From NCBI GenBank assembly GCA_040954595.2, contig CM082596.2:3527025-3591024 (forward strand): 64,000 bases of DNA, read 5' to 3'. The DNA is from Balanoglossus misakiensis. Taxonomy: Eukaryota > Animalia > Hemichordata. Both the position numbers and the translations under genes were made by a program. How positions within the stretch are numbered: the first letter of the stretch is position 1; each line of letters starts with the position of its first letter. Shown in pieces: positions 50,701 to 62,700 of the stretch. Under the pieces are notes generated by a model. That model worked only from the letters and a program-made list of their open reading frames with translations, did no database searches and was not told the DNA's origin.

Positions 50701-53700
50701 GTCACCACAAATGTTGTCTCTGTGACATCAAATCTGTTGGCCTTTGACCAGATGGTTGAGAACTTCTCTTTCTTTTCAATGATGTATGCTTTGACTGGGG
50801 CACCACCATCATCCAATGGTGGAGTCCAGTTCAGTGTCATCTTGGTTGCATCAACGTCAGAGATTACTGGTTTGCCAGGTGGATCAGGTAGACCTATAAA
50901 TAAATAAAATGAGGATTAAAACAGATCACACAGCAAGTAATAATGTATGCTGACTCTTAATATTCTATATAGTCCTGTTTCACTGTCATACTCTTTCATT
51001 GATTTTATTGTGAACTATCTCCCCTGTGTATGTTTACATTTGCATGTGGCAGTTATTTCAAGTGTCATGAAAAGTAAAATTACAAAACTCACCATATGGT
51101 GGCTTGGCTTGTCTGGAATCAGATGGTTCACTGAAGTTACCAACACCAGCCTTGTTCTCTGCAGCCACTCTGAACTGATATTCCAATCCTTCTGTCAGAT
51201 CTCTCACAGTAAATGTAGTATCTGTCACCTTTATGTCTCTGTTGACCATTGCCCAACGCAAACCAAATGGCTCTTTCTTTTCAATGACGTAGTTGGTGAT
51301 CTTACTTCCACCATCGGATACAGGTTCTGTCCATTTGATCGTCATGGTTGTTGCTGTGACTTCGGTCACTTTGGGTTTACCAGGTGCATCTGGTACATCT
51401 GTAGAAAACAAAATGTTTTGGATTTTTTTTTAAAATATCAAAGTTTAAGTTTGCAAAAGACTGCACTAGTATTGGAAGTTTAAAATCTAGATTCTGAGTC
51501 TGACAGAATAAACTCAGTATGCAGATTGTCAGTCGATATTGATAAACAGCAAAATACTTACCATAGGGTGGTTTAGCAGTGTATGGTCCAGTGGATTCAC
51601 TTGGTTTGCCAACACCAGCCTTGTTCTCTGCACTGACACGGAATTCATAGACAGAATTTTGTTTAAGGTCACCCACTTTGAAGGTGAGATCTGAAACACT
51701 CCTGGCATTGACTTTGGTCCATCTAGGACTGAACTGTTCTTTCTTCTCGATGAAGAATCCAGTGACTGGAGATCCACCATCATCAAGAGGTGCAGTCCAG
51801 GTCAGATTCATGGATGTTGCGTTGATGTCGGACACCACAGGAGTTCCAGGTGGTCCTGGCACAACTGTAATTTAACACGAAGTTTTTTCATTTAAACAAT
51901 TATATTTCTTTGGGGATTTTGACAGTAGTTTTCACAGTTTCAGTTGGTGATATATCACATTGATTTTGATCAATACTTACCAAATGGATGTTTGGCAATC
52001 TTTGGTTCTGATGCTTCGCTAGGTTTGCCAACACCAGCCTTGTTCTCGGCAGCAACTCTGAATTGATACTGCTGTCCTTGTGTAAGTTCTGTGACTTTGT
52101 AAGTAGTGTCTGTGACAGTGTACTTGCTAATGCTCTCCCATCTTGTTGAGAACTTGTCTTTCTTTTCAACCACATAGCCAGTGATTGGAGAGCCACCATC
52201 AGATACTGGTGGTCTCCAAGTCAGGGTCATGGTGGTTGCAGTGACCTCACTGTACTGTGGTCGGCTTGGTGCATCAGGCACATCTGTTAATGAACATGAG
52301 TGAAAAAAATGTTAGTTCTCTGCTATGTTTTGTACACACCTACCAAACATATAGATCAGTAAATTGTGGGTAAATTAGTGTATGTGGACACTCCGACTTA
52401 CCATATGGTGGTTTTGCTTTGCGGGGCTCTGATGGTTCACTAGCTGGACCAACACCAGCCTTGTTCTCAGCAGACACTCTGAATTGATAATCATTGCCCT
52501 GAATGAGATCTCGGACTGTCAATGTAGTGTCAGGTACAGATTCTCTGTTGACTCTCATCCATCTAGCAGTGCTCATGTCTTTCTTCTCAATGATGTATCC
52601 AGTGATGGGACTTCCACCATCGTTCCTTGGTGGTCTCCATGTGATTGTCATGTTGGTAGCATTGACGTTGGTCACCTCCGGTTGGCTGGGAGCTTCTGGC
52701 AAATCTGGAAGCCAAAAAATGATACAGTTTAGGTATGACAACAGAATGCCGAAATAAGAAGCCACACATGCACATCTGAAACATATGATCACATGATTCC
52801 ACGCTGCTAGCCATAGATATGTGGCATCCACTGTATGCACACTGTGTGAGTAAAAATTCACAATACACCAGTAAACGCTATTTGATAATCTGTAATTGAC
52901 ATAATTGTTTTAGTTTTCTGTCAAATATGTCAGTACACCATTATTCACAGCAAACACTGCACACAGACTGTTATGTTCACTCCTATTGACCACGTACTCA
53001 CCATAAGGTGGTTTGGCAATTTTGGGACCAGTAGATTCACTTGGCTTGCCAACACCAGCTTTGTTCTCAGCACAGACCCTGAACTCATACGTGTTACCCG
53101 TTTTGAGGGCATCCACCTTGAAAGTGGTTTCTTTGACTTTATAGACACTGACTCTGCCCCAAGAGAGGCTAAACTGATCTTTACTTTCAACGGTGTACCC
53201 TGTGACTGGGCTACCACCATCGTCCTCAGGTGGAGTCCATTTAAGTGTCATGGATGTGGCAGTGATGTCAGAGACAGATGGTTTTCCTGGGACATCAGGA
53301 ACATCTGGAGATTGTGAGAGAGATGGATGGATGGAAGGAGATGATGATGATGATGAAGAAAGGGTGTAAGAGAGAACATGCGAAGTAATGTGTGAAAGTT
53401 ATAGAAATGAACTGAGTGGACATGAGTCTTTCTGTCATCTACTCATCTTCTGAAGAGCAAACCGTGTTCTTCAGAATGGTGAGAAATCTTTGCAAAGCAA
53501 CTACAGATATCATGTACACCAAAACAGCCTCATAATGTGAGGAATGTCTCAACACCCAAAGGCTTACCATATGATGCTTTCAGCATGACTGGCAGGGTAG
53601 CATCACTAGCTTTGCCCAGACCAGCTTTGTTCTCAGCAATCACCCTAAACTGATACTCAGATTTCTCTTTGAGGTTCAGGACTGTACAAGATGGTTGGGA

Positions 53701-56700
53701 TAGTCTCTCTTTCAATGCGGGCACCCACTGGGCACTAAATGGCTCTTTCTTTTCCACATAGTAACCCAGGATAGGCGCACCACCATCTGACGCAGGAGGT
53801 GTCCATTCCAGAGTGACCGAATGATGTGTGACTTCCACAACTCTTGGAACTCCAGGAGCTCCCGGCACATCTATTTCAGGGATATAGGTAATTTTCTTTA
53901 CTCAGAGATAAATAACCGCAGAATTGTTTAGGAAAACCATACCACCAAACCAAAAACCACTACTAGTTAAAACAACACCACACCTTGGTGAGTTCCAACA
54001 ACCATGAACAAAATCTGTTTACATGCAGGTACTCAATTATTTGTTTAAAGTTATGAAAAACAACTGAGATTTTTTTCACAAGCATGCCTATTAGTTTGAA
54101 ACACCTAGCCCCAAAACTATCTTCAAATATTACATAGGAAAATGTCTAGAAAATGTTTAGAATTTAACAATATCTTTATAATTTCAAATCAAAGGGGGAA
54201 AAGAATAAGATGTTATAAAAACCAGCACTGCACTTCAACAGTGATGAATTAGTCAGAAGGCAAATTCCTCAACCATGCATTAGCACAGAATATATTGACC
54301 CTCACCATAGGGATCTCTTGCAGTGAATGTGACTGTTTGACTAGCTGGACCAACACCAGCCTTGTTCTCAGCAGAAATCCTGAATTCATAAGTTGAATTC
54401 TCTTTCAGATCAGTCACTAGACAGTGAGCTTCAGGGACCCTCATTTTTACGATCCACTTAAGAGAGAACTGCTCCTTCATTTCAACAACATAAGCCAGGA
54501 TGTCACTACCACCATCAGACTTAGGAGGTTTCCACGACAACACCGCTGATGATTTTGTGATGTCATAGACTTCAGGTTTGCTTGGTGCCTCTGGAACATC
54601 TTTGTGAAAGCGGGAAATGAGTGATGGATGAAAGATGTGAATACATGGACAGATTGAAAGAATGAAGAGATAGTAAAGAGACAGAGAAGACTTGGAATGA
54701 ATTGCAGGTAAAGATGACAACGTATAGAGTGAGGTTGAGAATATGGAATGGGGAATAGGGATGTTGTTTGTATGTACAGGTGAAAGTGTGTGTCTTGCCA
54801 CTAATAGATGGTCAAATTACAATACAAGAATTATTTTAGCAGGACTTACCATACGGCGGTTTGGCAACCACTGGTTTCGATGATCTGCTTGGTTCACTCA
54901 CACCAGCCTTGTTCTCTGCAATCACACGGAATTCATATTCTGTGTTCTTGATCAGATCAGATGCAACAATGAATGGTTCCTTCACTGGTTGCCTGTTGAC
55001 TCGAATCCAGCGGTCTTTGCTGGTATCACGTCTTTCCACTACAAAACCTGTGACTCTAGCTCCACCATCAGAATCAGGTGGGGTCCACTTCAGACTGGCT
55101 GTGGTGTCTGTCACCTCCAGAACATCTGGTTTTCCAGGTGCATCTGGCACAGAGATCTTCAATGTTGCTGGGAAACTTGGTTTTCCAACACCAGCTTTGT
55201 TTTCAGCAAGTACACGGAACTCATAGTCCTTTCCTTCTGTCAACCCAGTTGCTTGGTAGGCAGTGTCTGTGACAGACATTGTGTTGTCCTTCACCCATCT
55301 TGAACTGAATTTCTCTTTTCTTTCAATGGTGTATCCAGTCACAGGTGATCCACCATCATCTGTTGGTGGTGTCCATTTCAGTTTGATTGATGTTGGTTGA
55401 ACTTCAATAATATCAGGCGTTCCAGATGCTCCGGGTACATCTGTGGAAGAAAATAACAGTATGCTCATCTCTTGAAATAAAAACTCTGTACATGTACAAG
55501 GGTAACAATATAACATGAGAATACATCTGTAATATAATTTTACATATCGACCACAAATGAAAGGAAAGTATGTGTAATGTCCACATATAAAGTCAACGGG
55601 CATGTTTCAATAAGTAGAACAACATATTAAATAGCCTATCAAAACAAAACTAGCAAAAGTTAGTAATAATAAACAGTTGTATTTGTTATTTCTGCATATT
55701 GTTAAAACCATTATTTAAATACTAACCGTATGGTGGCTTGGCAATCTTTGGATCAGATGGTTCACTTGGTTTGCCAACACCAGCCTTGTTCTCAGCAGAG
55801 ACACGGAAGGTGTACTCATTACCCTTCTCCAAATTGGTGGCCGTGAATGTTGTCTCTGAGACCGTGAAGTCACTGATTCTGGTCCATCTGGTCATGAATC
55901 TCTCTTTCTTCTCAACAACATAATTGAAGATAGCATTCCCGCCATCATTTATTGGTGGATTCCATGTCAGAGTCATAGACATCTCTGTTATGCTGGACAC
56001 TGCAGGTTTACTTGGAGCATCGGGTTTGTCTGTGGATTGGAGAAAAAAGTCAGGATTTTAATTTTTAGAAAAGTTCCAAGAAAATACTAAAATTTAAGAA
56101 AAAGGCTCCTTTCAGATTGTACGGTATGACAGCATGTGTATCCAGGGGTCTGCCATATATACACACGACACCACATCTTACCATATGGTGGCTTGGCAAC
56201 TGTTGGTTTAGATGGTTCACTGAATTTGCCAACACCAGCCTTGTTCTCGGCAGCCACTCTGAATTCATATTCATTGCCCTCTGCAAGACCAGTCACTTTG
56301 TAAGTAGTTTCTGTGATCAGCTCTTTGGTGACTCTTATCCAGCGGCTGGCATACTTGTCTTTTCTTTCAATCACATAGTTGGTGATCTTGGCACCACCAT
56401 CTGTTAGTGGTACACTCCAGCTAAGTGTCATGTGAGTTGAATTGACATCAGATATTTCAGGATGTCCTGGAGGGCCTGGTACATCTGATTACAAAACAGG
56501 AAATAATTAAGTTTAATGTAGTTAGAATCACATGCAAATCAAACTTGTTCATCACAAGTTCTCAAAATTCACACTGCTCAAAAAGGATCCACATTTTATT
56601 GTTACTGGGAAACACTTCCTTGCCAGAGATTTTGTGAACATCTGTAATATCAACAATCAGTAATTGGCTATGCATGAATTAGAAGTGTGTTTGCACTCAC

Positions 56701-59700
56701 CATATGGTGGTTTTGCCAGTTTCTTATCACTAGGTTGTCCAAATGGTCCTTGACCAGCCTTGTTCTCTGCAGCCACTTTGAACTGATATTCTGTATGCTC
56801 CATCAAGTCGGTCACAGTGTAAGTGGTGTCCACAACTCTCTCCCTGTTGGCTCTTGTCCATCTGGCTCTGTGGACATCATATTTCTCAATGACATATCCA
56901 GTGATGGGACTTCCACCATCAGATCTTGGTGCTGTCCAGCTGATTGTCATGTGAGTTGCATCCACCTTGGAAACATCTGGCTGTCCAGGTGCACTTGGTA
57001 CATCTGTCAATAAAACAAGCAACCAGTCAGAAATCAGTAAAGATTATAATGGTGATGGTATTGCCACAAGGTTTTATGGTCGAATTTGGTAACTTTTACA
57101 ATTCCTGTAATATTTCTGACTTACCGTATGGTGGTTTTGCTTTCCTGATGTCACTTGGATGACTTGGTTTACCAACTCCAGCTTTGTTTTCAGCAAGAAC
57201 ATGGAACTGGTAATCATTGCCTTCTTTGAGATCGGTTACTTTGAATGTTGTCTCAGATACTGCATATTTGTTGATTCTGGTCCACATAGTTGTAAACTGT
57301 TCTTTCTTCTCCACATAATACCCAGTGACTGGAGAACCACCATCATCTTCTGGTGATAACCAATGCACAGTCATGCTATTGGCCGTGACATCTGAGAGGT
57401 CTGGTTTACCAGGTGGTCCTGGCACATCTGTAAGGAGCACAAACATTGTCACTCAAAATGTTTCATCTGTCCAACATCTGATGTTTAAACAGCTACTGCT
57501 GATAACCTAGAAACTTTTCCCTAATTTTCCAATTGGTCCAGACATACATATCAACATAATAGGTTTGCAGCAAACTGTGATAGTGTTTAATTATGACACT
57601 CACCATATGGTGGCTTGGCAACTCTTGGTTCAGATGGTTCGCTGATTTTGCCAACACCAGCCTTGTTCTCAGCAGCCACTCTGAATGTATATTCAGTTCC
57701 CTGTGTCAGACCAGTCACAGTATACTCAGTACCAATGATCTTCTCATCTGTATAGACCTTGGCCCAGCGTGTGCCAAATTCTTCTTTCTTTTCAATGACA
57801 TAGTTGGTGATTCTGCTTCCACCATCAGATTCTGGCTCTGTCCATTTGATGGTCATTTTTGTGGAATCAGTGGACACCACCTTGGGTTTGCCAGGTGCAT
57901 CAGGTACATCTATTAACGGACAGAAAGGTCAATAGTAAGAAACTTGTGGTAGACGCATTTAAAACTGAACAAGGAATTTGCAAAAGTCACAAATAATGAC
58001 ATATATTCAAACACATCTTTGCAAAAGTGCTCAATAATGAAAAATGATCAAACGTTTCTTTCCAGTGTACCATCTGACATCATTGTTACTTACTGTAAGG
58101 TGGTCTTGCTGTGTGTGGGCCAGTGGATGGGCTTGGTTTGCCAACACCAGCTTTGTTTTCAGCACACACACGGAATTCATAAGTAGAATTTTCTCTGAGA
58201 TCATCCACCTTGAAGCTAAGATCAGTAACACTGTATTTGTTGATCCTGGACCATCTGACACTGAATTGTTCTTTGCCTTCTATTATATATCCAGTGACTG
58301 GAGAGCCACCATCATCATCCGGTGCAGTCCAGGTCAGTTTCATGGATGTTTCAAGGATGTCGGACACTTTGGGTGTTCCTGGTGGACCAGGCACGTCTGT
58401 TACACAGAGGATGAGAGCAAAGTTTACTGGTAGGTAAATTTACAATCACAATATCAGACATGGAAGGGATATTACATGTCCGCACTGACACATTTTGGTT
58501 TATATCAATACTGTTCCAACATGAAATATAGTTGTTTATGTTCAGTCCCTAAGTTACATTTGTTGTCTAGGTAGAAACTTACAAAATAAATGGTAACTTA
58601 CCAAATGGATGTTTAGCAATTCTGGATTCTGATGGTTCACTAGGTTTGCCAACACCAGCCTTGTTTTCAGCAGCCACTCTGAACTGATATTCAGATCCCT
58701 GTTTCAGATCAGTCACAACAAATGTTGTCTCAGTGACATCAAATCGGTTGGCTTTGGTCCAGAGAGTGGACATTTTCTCTTTCTTCTCAATGATGTAGCC
58801 AGTTATAGGAGCACCTCCATCATTCAATGGTGGGGTCCACCTCAGTGTCATCTTTGTAGCATCAACATCTGAGATGAGTGGCTTACCAGGAGCATCAGGC
58901 AGACCTAATGGAGACAGATTATGAATAAATGTTGTGAAAATTTAGATTTTCGGTCATTTTAAAGTTATGGACTTCAACTTCTAGTAAAGGACAGCACCTT
59001 TATTCCTAAATAACAATCAATCTCAGCCTTATAATTCCTGATGCGAACAGAGAGACTTTTAATATATCACTCACCATACGGTGGCTTGGCTTTCTTAGTA
59101 TCAGATGGTTCACTGAATTTGCCAACACCAGCCTTGTTCTGTGCCGCAACTCTGAATTGATAATCTGTGCCTTCGGATAATCCCTTCACAGTAAATGCAG
59201 ATTCCACAATGTCTGTATCAGAGAACACCTTTGTCCATCTGGTACTGAATTCTTCCTTCCTCTCAATGACATAGTTGGTGATTCTACTTCCACCATCTGA
59301 TTCTGGCTCAGTCCATTTAACGGTCATACTGGTGGCTTGTACCTCAGTCACCTTTGGTTTATCAGGAGCTCCAGGTACAGCTGCAACATTATAAATGAAA
59401 ACTCTTTTAATACCAGTAAAGGTGACTTACAAAATGTCCAAAATACAGCGACTATTAATGTACAATATTTAAGCCAGTTTTAGGGAGAGTTTAACTGCAA
59501 TATACTGGATTACTTTACTTACTGTATGGTGGTTTTGCTGTAACTGGACCAGTAGATTCACTTGGTTTACCAACTCCAGCTTTGTTCTCGGCACAGACTC
59601 TAAACTCATAGACTGAATTCTCTTTGAGGTCTTCAACTTTGCAGCTGAGGTCAGCAGCACTCAATTTGTTTATTCTTGTCCACTTCAGTCCATACTGTTC

Positions 59701-62700
59701 TTTCCTCTCCACAATGTATCCAGTGAGTGGAGATCCACCATCCTCCAAAGGTGCAGTCCAGGTCAGTTTCATGGATGTTGCGTTGATGTCGGACACCACA
59801 GGAGTTCCGGGTGGTCCTGGCACAACTATAAGTCAAATACAATGAGAACGGGGTTTCATTTAAATTGAGTGTAAGGTTTTTCATTCCCAACATTCACAGG
59901 AAACAATAATAATATTTTATGTGCATGATAATCAAACTTAACATTTCATCATTGTACCAATGGATCAAATTACACGTCACTCACCATAAGGTGGTTTGGC
60001 AATCTTTGGTTCAGATGGTTCACTGAATTTGCCAACTCCAGCCTTGTTCTCAGCAGCCACTCTGAACTGATATTCAGATCCTTGTTTCAGGTCAGTCACT
60101 ACAAATGTTGTCTCTGTGACATCAAATCTGTTGGCCTTTGACCAGATGGTTGAGAACTTCTCTTTCTTTTCAATGATGTATGCTTTGACTGGGGCACCTC
60201 CATCATCCAATGGTGGAGTCCAGTTCAGTGTCATCTTGGTTGCATCAACGTCTGAGATAACTGGTTTGCCAGGGGCCTCAGGTACACCTGTTCAGAAAAG
60301 ATGTCAAAACCCTTATCAAAGCCTGATACAAAATTTTATATCTGTTTAATGTCAAGATTCTATGGCACTACATGTAAGATCTGAACTCAGAATCTGCTGT
60401 ACCATTCATATAATAAAGAAGTTAATGCACAAAATGCATTGGCCAAAACTCAGCCTTAGAAAGTGGTTTTTTGATGCTTACCATATGGTGGTTTGGCGGT
60501 CTGTTGATCAGATGGTTCACTAGGTTTACCAACACCAGCCTTGTTCTGTGCAGAAACCCTGAACTGATACTCAGATCCCTGGGACAGCCCTCGAATGGTG
60601 TATGTGGTCTCAGTGATGTGTTCATCTCTGCTGACAACCCAACGAATGCCAAATGGTTCTTTTCTTTCAATGACATAGCCGGTTATCTTACTTCCACCAT
60701 CTGATTCAGGCTCTGTCCATGTGATGGTCATACTAGTGGCCTGTACATCAGTGATCTTTGGTTTTCCTGGAGCATCAGGCACAGCTGAAGAATGCAAGAA
60801 TGAGGTTTTATAAGCGAGATTAATTGATGACACAACTTATGGTTATTGAAAATGAATATACTGGCCACAAGATTCCTTGGGAGACAGACATGACAAAAGC
60901 AGCCTTGCACACCTGTCCTGATAACAAGGGACCAACATGAAACAACTACATGGAGAACAAATTCAACACGGAAAACTACAGTGAGTTATTCTTACTGTAT
61001 GGTGGCTTGGCAACAACAGGACCAGTGGACATACTTGGCTTGCCAACACCAGCTTTGTTCTCAGCACAGATTCTGAACTCGTATGTTGAGCCTTCTTTCA
61101 AGTTTTCAACTTTGTAGTGTGTGTCTGATACTGCAGTTCTGTTGACTCTTGTCCATCTTGTACTGAACTTATCCTTTGTTTCAATGACGTATCCAGTGAC
61201 TGGAGATCCACCATCATCCAAAGGTGCAGTCCAGGTCAATATCATGGATGTTGCGTTGATATCGGACACCACAGGAGTTCCAGGTGGTCCTGGCACAACT
61301 GAAATGACAAAACAAATGTTACACATTAATCAAGAATTGTACATTGATGACACTTAAAACTCTGACCTTTCCAGGATATTATATTTCCCAAGAATTGCCT
61401 TCAAACTTACCATATGGAGGTTTTGCAATCTGTCCTGGTGACTGGTCACTTGGTCTTCCCAGACCAGCTTTGTTCTCAGCTACCACTCGGAATTCATACT
61501 CTTGGCCTTCTTTCAGACCAGTGGCTTTGAATGAGGTGTCTGTCACTGGGTAACTGGTCAATTTGTCCCAACGGCTGGAGAATCTGTCTTTCTTTTCTAC
61601 TGTGTAGCCAGTGATGGGAGCTCCACCATCTGACCTTGGAGGTGACCATGCCAATGTCATACTACTGGCTGTGATGTCACTGACAATAGGTTTGGATGGT
61701 GCATCGGGTTCATCTAGATTTGAAGAAGAGAATATAAGATTCTTTGCAGAGATGTAGAGCTGGTAGCTGGGAATAACAACAAATATAACAACATAATTTA
61801 ACAATTTTACATGCTGATATCATTTTTATTTCTATGTCACTTACCATATGGTGGTTTTGCTTTCCGGGGCTCTGATGGTTCACTAGCTGGACCAACACCA
61901 GCCTTATTCTCAGCAGACACTCTGAATTGATAATCGTTGCCTTGAATGAGATCTCTAACTGTCAATGTAGCGTCAGGTACAGATTCTCTGTTGACTCTCA
62001 TCCATCTAGCAGTGCTCATGTCTTTCTTCTCAATGATGTATCCAGTGATGGGACTTCCACCATCGTCTCTTGGTTCTTTCCATCTGATTGTCATATGAGT
62101 TGCATTGACATCAGTCACATCTGGGCTAGATGGTGCACCTGGTACATCTATGATGAAAGAATGTTGTAGTGACAATTAAACATAAGTTATGGTAATCCAT
62201 CATTAAAAAATTCTTTGGTTTCACCATGTGTATAAGGTTTGCTTAGGATTTCCGTGTCACAGACATGAATCTATATCCTGATTTGCTTGACATGTTTAAT
62301 ATCCAAACAAATTTTCCAAGTCAAATGGCATTTTTTATCTTTCCATATAACAAGTATGACACAACTTACCATATGGTGGTTTGGCAACCTTGGGTCCAGT
62401 AGACTCGCTTGGTTTGCCAACACCAGCCTTATTCTCAGCCTGTACTCTGAACTCATACTCATTACCTTCCTTAAGTCTCGTGACAGTACACTGAGTCTCT
62501 GTCACAGTTAGTACCTGATCCCATCTTGTACTAAACTTTTCTTTCTTTGTGACAATATACTTAGTGATTGGACTACCACCGTCATCCTCTGGTGGTGTCC
62601 ATTTCACAGTCATTGTTGTAGCAGTGATATCACTGACTGATGGTTTGCCTGGAGCACCAGGTACTTCTGCAGGGGTGCGATGAAGGCAAGTGGTGCAGAA

